DNA of 32,000 nucleotides. Source: Trichodesmium erythraeum IMS101 (GTDB lineage Bacteria; Cyanobacteriota; Cyanobacteriia; Cyanobacteriales; Microcoleaceae). The position numbers and the translations under genes were made by a program. Below, piece by piece: positions 1-9,778 of the stretch. Location: positions 7,440,001-7,472,000 of the forward strand of contig NC_008312.1 in NCBI RefSeq assembly GCF_000014265.1. Reading direction: 5' to 3'. The notes under the pieces were generated by a model. It ran no database searches. It had not been told where the DNA came from and saw nothing but the letters and a program-made list of their open reading frames with translations. Position 1 is the first letter of the stretch; every line of letters begins with the position of its first letter.

Positions 1-87
1 AGCTCCCTTCACTCTTCCTTGAGCTAATAGGACTAATAAACGTTGCCGGGATATTCCTAATAAAAAAGATGCTTCTCTGGTTCCCAT
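1..87 (-). CDS. 5' end (29 codons) of a helix-turn-helix DNA-binding protein gene that continues past the left edge
   Basis: The reverse strand from ATG at 87..85 reads MGTREASFLLGISRQRLLVLLAQGRVKGA with no stop before position 1. The EAxxLLGISRQRxxxLxxxGRxxG pattern is typical of excisionase/MerR-type HTH N-termini. There is no clear SD and the gene is partial. Confidence 0.35.
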   Translation of the reverse strand, partial: MGTREASFLLGISRQRLLVLLAQGRVKGA

Positions 88-393
88 GTTTTTTTACTAT
101 TGAACAATAGTTAACTTAACAAAAAATTGAGTTTAAAGCTTTGCCCATAAGCGAGTAACGATTTACTTTTTTTGAATACATAGTCTTATGCTAAATATTA
201 ATTAATTAATTAGTCGCACGCGGGCAGTCTGAGACAAAACAATAGACACTACAGCCCTTACCCCCTTGTTAATAAGGGAATAAGAAGGGTGGGTGCACAA
301 GCTTGTGTTAACAGAACTTTGCACCAGCAAAACGTCAACCCTGCCTTGGCTTTTTGCTCGGTTTTTCCCCATCTATAATAGCCTGAGAGGATG

Positions 394-654
394 TCAAAGG
401 CTACCTAAATTTGCCAACCCAAGAATCACACCAGCACCTAAAATATGACCGAAGCTTGTAGTTGCCAAAACGCCAGCTACTCCAAAACCACCAAAAAAGT
501 TAGAACCAGGCATGGCTGGACCGACACTAGGGTATTTAACTGTGAACTTGGCAAAGGCGATGGCTACAATATTACAGATAATCATAATTATGGCAATTTT
601 AGGGCTCCAGTCAAAAGTATTGGGGCCAAGTGTTAATAAGGTTGAGTAAAGCAT
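394..654 (-). CDS. psaK: Photosystem I subunit PsaK
   Basis: 86-aa ORF with two hydrophobic helices. It carries the PsaK signature WSPKxAxxMIxCNxxAIAFxK ... SNFFGGFG ... TSFGHILGAGVILGLANLG. Confidence 0.9.
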   Translation of the reverse strand: MLYSTLLTLGPNTFDWSPKIAIIMIICNIVAIAFAKFTVKYPSVGPAMPGSNFFGGFGVAGVLATTSFGHILGAGVILGLANLGSL

Positions 655-981
655 TTTTTCTTGTCCTATCTTATCTGTACATTGAAAACTTCACTACCAT
701 ATCTTATATCAGAAAATTGTTCTTTTTTTTCTTCTTGTCAGACTATGCAATAATTCTTTACAAATTTAGAAGGAAGATAGAAGAAATTTTATAGAACCCC
801 TGCAGGTATCTCTAAAAATTAAGCGTTTTTATCTGCCGGACTTACTCAGATACGCTAAGCTTTTAAGGATAAGTCGAATCAAACAAACATTAATCTGTAT
901 TTTCGGTAGGTTCGCATCAATGTTTTTAGTCAAGCTTTTACACCTCTCCATCCATCTTAAACGCATCTAATTTTTTTTATA

Positions 982-2120
982 CTAATTTCATAAACTTAAG
1001 CTACACTTTTAGAAGTAACCTATTATAGAAAATGTCCCCATGTCAGGAGTAGTAAAAATTGAGATAAATGAATCGGTAGAAACTCTCAAAAAACTTTTAA
1101 AAAGTGCGAGTACAGCTCAAGAAAAGGAAAGACTTCAAACTATTTACTGGTTGAAAACTCAAACAGTAGAAACAGTAAAAGAAATTGCGATAATGTTAGG
1201 ACGCAATCGAGTCACAGTACAAAAATGGTTAGGGAAATATCGTACAGGTGGACTGAATCTTTTACTAGAACCAAAGAAAAATCTAGGAGGGAGGCCAAGT
1301 TCAATTCCACCAAATGTAATCGAGAAATTAGAAGCAGAATTGCAAAACCCGGAAGGTTTCCAAAGCTATGGTGAAATTCAACAGTGGTTAACGACTTGTT
1401 TTGACATCGAGCTGTCTTATCGAACAGTTCATCAATTAGTCAGATATAAATTAAAAAGTAAATTAAAAGTTCCACGTCCAAATCACATAAAACAAAATAA
1501 AGAAGCTCAAGAAAACTTTAAAAAAAACTCTCATCTCAACTAGAAGAGAAAATTAAGTTAATTAATAAATATTCGGAAAATCAACTGCCAATTCGCTATT
1601 GGTGTCAAGACGAGACTAGAATTGGATTAAAAACTATAACAGGTAAAGTCATTACTACTTGCGGTGTTAAGCCCATTGGTTTATATCAATGGCTATTTAA
1701 ATATCTATGGCTTTATGGTTTAGTAGAACCAAAAACAGGAGATTCCTTTTTTTATGAATTTAGTCATCTAGATACTCCTTGCTTTGAAAGATTTTTAGAG
1801 CTTTTTTCTCAAACATATCCTGAAGAGATTCATATTATTCAACTAGATAACGGGCGAGGGCATCTAGGGAATGATTTATCTATCCCTGATCACATCATTT
1901 TATTATTTCAACCTCCTTATTGTCCCGAAGTTAATCCCATTGAAAGACTGTGGAAAGAGGTGAAAAAATTCTTGAAAAATCGAGTTTTCGATTCCTTAGA
2001 TTTCTGACGCAGAATCCTGAGAAATATATTAACTGGATTTAGTCAAAAAGATATTGCTTCTTGTACAGGATATGATTTTATTCTTGAAGCATTATGTGTA
2101 GTCGGACTTTAGGAAATTGG
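982..2120 (+). mobile_element. IS630-family element type A, copy 1 (1139 bp)
   Basis: Near-identical to 11045..12183. Imperfect TIRs are CTAATTTCATAAAC (left) and CCAATTTCCTAAAG (right, reverse complement). It is flanked by TA on both sides (980-981, 2121-2122), the IS630/Tc1 hallmark. Confidence 0.85.
1040..2007 (+). CDS. IS630-family transposase encoded in two frames (ORF1 1040-1543; -1 frame open 1522-2007)
   Basis: ORF1 is an HTH domain. The -1 frame reads ...RYWCQDETRIGLK...IIQLDNGRGH...PPYCPEVNPIERLWKEVK, the DDE context of IS630. The frames overlap only at the A8 run 1520-1527. A TGA at 2005-2007 precedes about 35 further in-frame codons. Confidence 0.7.
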
Positions 2121-2126
2121 TATTAC

Positions 2127-2201
2127 TTGAGTTTTACTCATCCCACCATCAATGGCCTTAATAACTTTTTGTCTTAAGTCATAGCTATAAGGAGAACGCA
2201 T
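2127..2201 (-). pseudogene. N-terminal stub of another IS630-like transposase
   Basis: The reverse strand reads MRSPYSYDLRQKVIKAIDGGMSKTQ, the typical IS630 N-terminus. It is cut off by the IS630-A insertion at TA 2121-2122. Confidence 0.5.
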
Positions 2202-2257
2202 AATCTTTCCTAGATAATTTTTCGAGCATTATGTCCTAATCTTTGCTTCGACTGCTA

Positions 2258-2804
2258 TACTCCTAGGTGTAATTTACCCCATGTACGCCGTTTACTGACA
2301 CCATGAACTTTTGTTTTCCATTCACCTTCTCCGTAAACTTTCACCCCTGTAGAGTCTACTACTGTATGGAATAGTTTCATTAGTTGGTATAACTGGCAGT
2401 TGGATATTCAGTTTGAGCAAGCGACGGGATACAGTGCTATGGTCTGGTACTGGTAAATCTAAGTCCATCAATTGAAATATAGATTCGACAAAACCTTCAG
2501 TCTGTCGTCCGGCCAGACCAAACAATGATTGTATAGTGACCATAAATTCAATGGCCGTATTGCTATAGGTATTTGATGCCCCCCTACGTCCAGTTTTTTG
2601 TTGATTTACCCACTGCTCTATGACTTCATCATTCAACCAAAATGTGAGGCTCCCTCTCTGTCTTAGGGACGCATCAGAGCTACGACCAGTTGCTGAAGAG
2701 GTACTTAGACTTGGACTTGGACTTACTCATCTCTACCCTTACTATAGGTTTCTTGTGCCACACGCTTATTGTTACCATATTTTCTATCTTTATACAACAA
2801 AGCC
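2258..2804 (-). mobile_element. Truncated IS5-family IS903-group element (copy 1, transposase 5' half only)
   Basis: Homologous to 15180-15726 and 30946-31492. It carries the same 104-aa ORF (MNDEVIEQWVNQQKTGRRGASNTYSNTAIE...). It ends in the terminus ...CAACAAAGCC at 2804. Homology starts abruptly at TACTCCTAGG (2258). Confidence 0.8.
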
Positions 2805-3179
2805 AATCCAAAATATAATAGGACTTAAGCAAAGACACGATATATAGCGTCTACTAATTGAGGCGATCGCTTTAACATCAAAATTATAATAACAATTATA
2901 ATAACTAATACAAAGATACCCCTATATAATTTATATTCGCTCTATTTAGATGTTGGTAATTGTAAATCATTTTTGCCAAAATACTCTGATTATTACATAA
3001 TTACATTATTATTAATTTGAGCTAACAGGATGAATTTAAGCTATATTAATTATTGTCAATATCTACTCAATTATCATACACATTATACCATTACAAATTT
3101 GGAAAATAACCCAGAAAATGTTAGCTATGACATGATAAATTATTATTTAAAAATAGAAAAAATTGATGATCATGATTTA

Positions 3180-4129
3180 TAGTTGTTTGAATTAAGATTG
3201 AGACAAAAATTGAGTAGAATAATTTTAAGTCAACTAGAAACTATTTTTCACCATGCCTTACAGTTTAGACTTCAGACAAAAAGTAATGAATTTTGTATAA
3301 AACGGTAGTATGCTTACCGAAGCAGCTCATGTATTTGAGATAGGAAGAGCTTCGATATATAGATGGTTATATCGCCCAAGATTGGAAGCAACTAAGGTAA
3401 AACGTCGTCGCAGAAAATTAGATTGGAAAGAATTAGAAAAAGATGTAAAACCAAATCCATAGTTTAAATTGGCAGACAGAGCTAAAAAAAATTGGAGTTA
3501 ATCAAGCAGCAATATTTTATGCTTCGAAAAGAATTAAATTTCCTTTTAAAAAAACAACTTCGTTATAGGAAAATAAATAGATAAGAAAGAATAAAATATT
3601 ATTATAAACCACGAAATTTTATCAAAAAAGTTGTAATTAAAAGCCTTGTATTTATTGATGAATCAGGATTTAAAGATAATCAAAACTGTATTTATGCCTG
3701 GTCAAAAAAAGGGAAAAAAGTTTATGTGTAGCAAGAGGTAAAACGAGGTAAAAGAGAAAATTTAGTAGCGGGGAAAATAAAAAATGAAAAAGATTTAATA
3801 GCACCAATTATATTGAAAGGAACCCTAAATGGCGTGGTATTTTAACAATGGTTATAGCAACATTTATTACCATAATTAAAAATTCCCAGTGTACTGCTGC
3901 ACGGAGAATTCACCATTAATTACGAAAAAAGGTTATTAGAGAATTAGTAGAAGCAGAGGGGTAATCAATTACTATTTTTGCCAAAATACTCTCCTGATTT
4001 AAATAACTAAGAAAATGATTTTAGTACATTAAAAAGAGCTATAATGTATTCACCTATCAATATATCTATTGATTAAATCATGCGTAATTATTGTGCCAAA
4101 TAGTGTCTCATTCTTATTTAAAATAACTA
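3180..4129 (+). mobile_element. Degenerate AT-rich IS630-family element type D, copy 1
   Basis: TA flanks at 3178-3179 and 4130-4131. TIRs are TAGTTGTTTGAATTAAGATTGAGACA and TAGTTATTTTAAATAAGAATGAGACA (reverse complement). The reading frame is heavily decayed: MPYSLDFRQKVMNFV*... and ...LPKYSPDLNN. It is the reverse complement of 19571-20523. Confidence 0.7.
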
Positions 4130-4179
4130 TATAGATCAATGTTCAAAAATAAATTATAACCAATACACTTATGTTATGA

Positions 4180-4266
4180 GGACTTACGCACAGGCACTAT
4201 ATCTAGTGGGGGCAAATGCCATTTTCTACTATATCTGGCGTTTTAAAGGTTGATTTGCGTAAGTCC
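4180..4266. mobile_element. 87-bp MITE with type-D termini
   Basis: Starts GGACTTACGCACAGGCACTATATCTAGTG and ends ...TGCGTAAGTCC, an 11-bp perfect terminal inverted repeat. The left arm resembles the type-D terminus. It interrupts the type-D copy 1 reading frame just before GYLIFDD. Confidence 0.6.
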
Positions 4267-4389
4267 TGGTTATTTAATCTTTGATGACATAGTTCTTAAC
4301 AATAAACATAGTAATAAAATTGAGTTGATTAGGCGACAGTACAGTGGTAATGGGCATACAGTAGTCCGTGGTATAGGGATTGTAAATTG

Positions 4390-5335
4390 TATAGAACCCA
4401 TTTGAGATCTCTAGCCAGAGGCTACAAGTCTCTTAATCATTAGTCTGACAAAGCAAAGATTCAGTTTTGTCGTCGCATTCGATAGAGTTCTCTCAAAGTT
4501 CTTCACCAGAATCTTACATCTTTCCATCCAACTATTTGAACGTTCAATTACCCATCTGGCGATTGCTGGAACAAATCCTGATTTGCCTTGTGCTGCTTTC
4601 TCTTGTTTTGAAGGTTTTGTTGAAAGTTCAAACTTAATTTTTCTCATAATTTGTGGATAGATCTTTTCTAATTCCTCTCTCAAGTGGTCTGGGTGATAAC
4701 CATGATCTAAGAGAATCGTAATCTTCGGAATATTCACTGGCTTGGATTTGAAATAGTCAATGTTCAAGCTCAACATTTCAATCAATCCTGCATCATCAGT
4801 GACATTTGCCCGGGTACAATGAGTAAAAAAGGGAAATCCTAATGTATCTACAGCTAGATGCCTTTTAATACCATTGGTCGACTTGTAGAAACAGAAACCC
4901 TTTGAGTCTACACTAGCATTACAGGTATTTTTCACGGCTTGGGAATCAATGATGATCAAGGTTGTCCCGGAGCGCTTTTTTTTTCACTTGCTGACGCACT
5001 CTTGGATGTAAAGCATCCATAAGTTTCTCAATCACTCCGGCATCTCGCCATTGTTTGTAATACCAATAGACCGTGGAATAGGGAGGCAGCTCCTTGGGCA
5101 AATCTCCCCAATTGCAGCCATTCTTAAGTTGATAGAAGATACCATCGAGGATTTCTCGTTTTGTCCAATCAGGGGGACGTGTTTGCTTTTTTGGAGGCAA
5201 TAGCTCAAGCAACAGAGGTTCAACGATTTCCCATTCTGGGTCAGTAAGACAGCTCGAATATGTCATTGTGATTAGATTAAACTGCTGTCATTAGCTTAAC
5301 TTTATACCGGTAAAAGATCTCAAATAGGCTCTATA
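4390..5335 (-). mobile_element. IS5-family IS427-like element type C, copy 1 (946 bp)
   Basis: Near-identical inverted copy of 9779-10724. TIRs are TATAGAGCCTATTTGAGATCT and TATAGAACCCATTTGAGATCT. The outermost TA could be TIR or target duplication. Confidence 0.9.
4411..5266 (-). CDS. IS427-like transposase OrfA (5266-4946) and OrfB (4959-4411), overlapping at a T9/A9 run
   Basis: OrfA is LTDPEWEIVEPLL...GCNWGDLPKELPPYSTVYWYYKQWR (DUF4096-type). OrfB is ...IIIDSQAVKNT...LLDHGYH...RWVIERSNSWMERCK (DDE). OrfB lies in the +1 phase relative to OrfA. Confidence 0.85.
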
Positions 5336-5428
5336 TATTTTCATCCAAAAATTGAACATTTTTGGCTAATAGATGATCTGATTTATAGTTATAGTCATTA
5401 CAATTAAGTTCCGTACAGTCTAACAATG

Positions 5429-5870
5429 TCATCCAGTGTTGTTTCTGGTGGAGCATATATTCCGTTGCTTTTTGAGAATGGCTAAATCTTCTTCAATCTT
5501 GTTGAAGTCCGGTGAGTAGGGCGCTAAGAAAAAAACACTGTGCCCATCAAGGGCTGCGAGCGCCCGGATTTCTTTCTTCTGATGAAAGGGAGCGTTATCC
5601 ATAATCAACAGGGAATGGGAGTTGAGTTCTGGAATGGGAATGATGCTCAAGCCAATGATTAAAACACACGGCATTGGTCGTCCCTGTCAATAATACTGGA
5701 GCTAAAAGTTTTGAACCTCTCTTGCCGACAATCAAGCTGTTACCCTTGCGGGTTTTGCCATCTTGCTCCCCATAAACCTTTTTCCCTCTTTGAGACCAAG
5801 CATAAGGGCGAAATGTGGTTTCGCTAAAACCCGATTCGTCAATGTAGACGATTTCCTCACTACCGTGTCA
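5429..5870 (-). pseudogene. IS630-family transposase fragment (type F, C-terminal part)
   Basis: Reads SEEIVYIDESGF...RGKKVYGEQDGKTRKGNSLIV... then LIMDNAPFHQKKEIRALAALDGHSVFFLAPYSPDFNKIEED. It has internal stops and lacks an N-terminus. Confidence 0.6.
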
Positions 5871-5877
5871 TATCACA

Positions 5878-5911
5878 TATAGCAATGAGCGCTGGCATCT
5901 TTACATACTAC
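5878..5911 (+). repeat. 34-bp subterminal repeat, inverted partner of 9724-9757
   Basis: ATATAGCAATGAGCGCTGGCATCTTTACATACTA is the exact reverse complement of 9724-9757. It is followed by a 12-bp tandem repeat, TATGACTTGCAG x2.9, at 5934-5968. Confidence 0.85.
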
Positions 5912-6074
5912 ATAAATAGCTACAATGTAATATATGACTTGCAGTATGACTTGCAGTATGACCTGCATTTTTCATAAATTAGGCGATCGCTAAACGTTAA
6001 AGTTTTAAGGATGCGTGTAATGGTATTGACAATGAGTGAGTTGATAGCTTTAAGATATTTCTATCTTCAATCTA

Positions 6075-6916
6075 TTGTTTGAGTGCTTAGGTATATCCTT
6101 ACAGTCAAGATTTGCGACATGCGAGCTCTTGACCTCCACCTTAAATGGTATGTCTATCAGTCTTATGAGTGGTTTATTAAATATAAGTCGGCCTACTCTT
6201 CATCAATGGCGAGAGATATATTTAACCACAGGTTCAACAACTCAATCAGCCAATATACCTCCCCCTCAGACATCTAAAATTAAAAACTGGGAAGAATGTG
6301 AAAAGTTTGTTGAGGACACTAAGTAAGCAAACTCAAAAACAAATGGCTGCAAAATGGGGAAATTGTAGTCGTTTTACTATTAGTAGAAGTTTAAAAAAAC
6401 TTGGGTTTACTCGTAAAAAAAAACATATGGTTATCAAGAAAGAGACGAAATAGAAAGAGAAAAGTTGGCCTTAAAACTGAATCAAATAGACAAAAAAGAT
6501 ATTGTTTATGTAGATGAAGCCGGAATAGATAATAGAGAAGATTATCCTTATGGTTATGGATTTAAAGGCATTCATAGTACCAGGCATGAAGTCCGGAAAA
6601 AGAACTGAGAGAGTTAGTTGGATTGCAGCTATAAATCAATCAAAAATGTTTGCTCCTTTAACATTTACAGGAAGTTGTAATCGTGACTTGTTTGAGAACT
6701 GGTTGGAAAATTGTTCCCATACCAAAATTACAACCAGGGCAAGTGATTATATTGGATAACGCAACGTTTCATAAATCAGTTTATATTGAAGAATTAGTGG
6801 CCAATCAAAGGTGTGAAATCTGGTATTTACCACCATACTCACCAGATTTTAATAAGATAGAACGTTGGTGGTTTGTGTTAAAAAACGATCTGCAAACAAA
6901 GACTGAAGAAATTTGA
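6075..6916 (+). pseudogene. IS630-family transposase pseudogene (type E)
   Basis: Frame-broken: ...RPTLHQWREIY...IVYVDEAGIDNREDYPYGYG...VIILDNATFHKSVYIEELVANQRCEIWYLPPYSPDFNKIERWW. Confidence 0.6.
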
Positions 6917-7757
6917 TCATTTTAGAGACTGTGTGGATGCAGCTTTTATAGAAAATCCTCAAGTTTTTCCGTAGTGGTGAAAGATATCAATTATTACAGC
7001 ACTTTTCAGGTAATTGAACCACAAAGTGCGGTAAAATGGGTTTGATGTAATTATTAAATTTAATGCCAGTATCGTATTCGAGTGATTTGCGTCGTCGCGT
7101 GATTATAGCTTGGGAAGCAAAAGAAGGCTCTCAACGTCAGTTGGCTGAAAGATTTAAGGTCAGCTTGTCTATGGTACGAAATTTGTTGCGTCATTATCGT
7201 TACTCTTGGACAAATTGAGGCCAAACGACGTGGAGGATATCAGCAGCCAATAATTTCCTATGATAATCTCAACATCATCAAATCTCTGGTAGAGGAGAAA
7301 AATGACTTATTGCTGAGAGAATTATGCGCTCGCTATCAAGAAACAACAGGAATTAGGGTGAGTATCTCCACAATGCATCGCGCCGTAGAAAAATTAGGCT
7401 TACGGTGCAAAAAAAAAGTCTTTATGCCAGTGAGCAAGATACCCCAAGAGTCCAAGAGTTAAGACATGACTATCGACGTTGGTTAGATAAAATTGATGTC
7501 AGAAATTTAGTATTTGTTGATGAAGCCCGAATAAATTTGTCAATGTCTCGTTTATTCGCCAGAGCCGTAGATGGGGAACGAGCTGTTGGTAGTATCCCAG
7601 GTAGCAAGGGTGGAAATGTTTCTTTGATTGGTGCTTTGAACCTGGATGGACTGATTGCGTCGATGACTGTACCAGGAAGTACAAATACTGAGGTATTTAT
7701 CACTTTATTAAACCCAGGTCTTACTACCTCAGTTGTGGCAAGGGGCAATCGTGGTAA

Positions 7758-9133
7758 CGGGACTTTAGTGAAAAAATAGTAAAAAAAAGGGTATAATGTA
7801 TACCTGATATGTATTTTACGTTAATTACTGGCCTGGGAAAAGTTTGATGAAAGAAACAACTTCAGTGGCCATGCCCTCTTGTTTCCATCGATGGTGCGAT
7901 CGCTTTAACAATGTCTTTAAAACAAAAGCCCAAAAAACAGGGTTTAGGGAATATATAGGAGGATTACTCTTGAGAAAGCGATCGAAAAAACTTGTCTCAA
8001 ATTGCCAACAACACTGTAGGTCACACGTACCACAAATTACGGCATTTTCTAGTTCGAGCAAATTGGTCTGTAGATGCTGTGAATGAGCGTCGTCTTCAAG
8101 TAATGTGGGAACGTCGCCAAACAAAACCTTCTCGATCCTATTGCTTTAATTATAGACGATTCAGGCCACAGAAAAAGTGGTAATTTTACTGCAGGAGTAG
8201 GGCGGCAATATATAGGAGAAATAGGAAAAACAGATAATGGTGTAGTCGTGGTGACAACTCATCTTTATGATGGAGTTAAAAGTCTACCTTTAGACATAGC
8301 TTTGTATCAGAAAGCTGATTCTTTTCCAAAAGGAAAAAAAGACCCAGAATTTGTCAAGAAACCAGACGAGTGCAATGTCTCTAGTAGATCAATGTTTGTC
8401 CAGAGGACACCAACCAGAAATTGTGTTAATTGAAATTTGGCTATGGTAACAATACATCATTCTTAAATCAACTAGAGAAAAGAAGTTTAACTTATATAGG
8501 AGGATTAGCTAAAAATCGAAAAGTCATCATTAAAAAACAAGATGACATTAAAGAGGAAATTAGATTAGACAAGCTGGCAGAAAGTATACCTCAGAAAGCT
8601 TTCAACTTAGTTCAACTAAGTACAAAAAATGCTAGAGAAGTTTGGGTAGCTACATTAGAAGTAGAAATATCTAGGATGTCAGGTCAAAAAACTATAGCTA
8701 TCGTTATGAATGCTAAAAGTTTTTCTGAGGCCACTGATATTAACTATTATATCACTAATAGAGAAGACAAATATGTAACTCCTGAGTGGATATATTCTAC
8801 TTATTCTCAAAGAAATTGGGTGGAAGTTTTCTACAGGGAAGCCAAAGGATGGTTAGGATTAAGAGAATATCAAGTCAGAGATAAAATCAGCCTTAAAAGG
8901 CATTTTATTTTAGTATTTTGTGCTTATACATTTATTATCTGGCATCAGTTAACAGGAGGTATAAGAAGGCGTTGGGCTAACAAACCATTAAATACGTTTA
9001 CTGATACTTTAGAAGCATTTCGTACCGCAATATCTTATCGTTTTGTTGAGTGGTTAGATGAAAACATCGACGTATTTACCGCTCATAAAGAGAGTTTAGG
9101 GTTTGTTTGGGCTTGAAATTTGCTAAAGTCCCG
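7758..9133 (+). mobile_element. IS701-like element, copy 1 (1376 bp), 4-bp TSD GTAA
   Basis: TIR CGGGACTTTAG at both ends. GTAA is directly repeated at 7754-7757 and 9134-9137. The uninterrupted target CGTGGTAATGG is seen in the other IS630-B copy (13931-13945, reverse strand). Confidence 0.9.
7844..9116 (+). pseudogene. IS701-family transposase, broken into at least 4 frames
   Basis: Pieces: ...FREYIGGLLL / SQIANNTVGHTYHKLRHFLVRANWSVDAVNERRLQVM / IIDDSGHRKSGNFTAGVGRQYIGEIGKTDNGVVVVTTHLYDG...LPLDIALYQ / GYGNNTSFLNQLEKRSLTYIGGLAKNRKV...YSQRNWVEVFYREAKGWLGL. The same breaks occur in copy 2. Confidence 0.8.
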
Positions 9134-9723
9134 GTAATGGATAATCTCAAGGTTCATCATGCTGAACGTGTCAGAGTTGCCATTGAGTCCGTCGGTGCTC
9201 AAGTCAAGTTTTTGCCCCCTTACTCTCCTGATTGATCACCTATTGAGCTTTGTTGGTCGAAACTGAAGCAATTTCTCCGTTCTTGTGAGGCACGTACCCA
9301 TGAATCACTGGAGCAAGCAATGGCTGAAGTTGTAAATTTCATTACTGAAGATGATGCCTTCGGTTGGTTCAACCACTGTGGTCTATTTACCTGAAAATTG
9401 CTGTAATATAGAATATAGTTGCTCTTTGAGGCGATTCTCTCACTCAAGAGGCTTCGCGAATACACTCCCATAACACTGTGATTCTTTTGTTGTCAGTTAA
9501 ATCAAAGTGCAACGCGGGAGTCTATAATACCAAATTTTAATCCGAGCTGCCATGCTATAATTATTGCCTGGCAAGGATTTTCTGACATCCTTATGTCACA
9601 TTATTTTTTCAGGCATGGCATAAAACTTTAAGGTAGTGCGATTGCGCCTCCGTTCCGTTGTCACGATCGCATAGAAAAAATGTCAGTCATGTAGCAGGAT
9701 GTATACTACATGAATGACATTGT

Positions 9724-9776
9724 TAGTATGTAAAGATGCCAGCGCTCATTGCTATATATTGTCTTTGCGTAAGTCC
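9724..9776 (-). repeat. Type-D-like terminus (GGACTTACGCAAAGACAATATATAGC...) plus 34-bp partner of 5878-5911
   Basis: The reverse complement of 9776..9724 is GGACTTACGCAAAGACAATATATAGCAATGAGCGCTGGCATCTTTACATACTA. It ends 2 bp from the IS427-like copy 2. Confidence 0.8.
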
Positions 9777-9778
9777 TG

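Larger units (their letters stand above)
2821..5420 (+). mobile_element. IS4-superfamily 'type D' element, copy 1, shattered (N-terminal third only; right boundary approximate)
   Basis: The terminus GGACTTAAGCAAAGACACGATATATAGCG sits at 2821. Coding fragments are MNLSYINYCQYLLNYHTHYTITNL... (3030-3179), GYLIFDDIVLNNKHSNKIELIRRQYSGNGHTVVRGIGIVNCI (4267-4389) and YFHPKIEHFWLIDDLIY (5336-5390). They are separated by three insertions: IS630-D, a MITE and an IS427-like element. Confidence 0.6.
6997..9403 (+). mobile_element. IS630-family element type B, copy 1, interrupted by an IS701-like element
   Basis: TA flanks at 6995-6996 and 9404-9405. TIRs are CAGCACTTTTCAGGTAA and CAGCAATTTTCAGGTAA (reverse complement). 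The transposase (MPVSYSSDLRRRVI...VFVDEARINL...|...[12 protein letters not shown]...FLPPYSPD) is split at 7757/9134 and also frame-shifted. Confidence 0.85.

Noticed and set aside
291-302. 12-nt match TGGGTGCACAAG, reverse complement of 24213-24224
   Set aside because: It is a single short match containing the GTGCAC palindrome. That is within chance expectation for 32 kb on both strands, and there is no flanking similarity.
445-636. 63-aa ORF on the plus strand
   Set aside because: It lies entirely antisense to the well-supported psaK gene.
7825-8124. 99-aa reverse ORF (and twin at 17531-17830), plus 7470-7748, 13943-14221 and similar antisense ORFs inside IS copies
   Set aside because: They are antisense to recognisable transposase coding sequence and duplicated only through IS copy identity. 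None has an independent coding signal.
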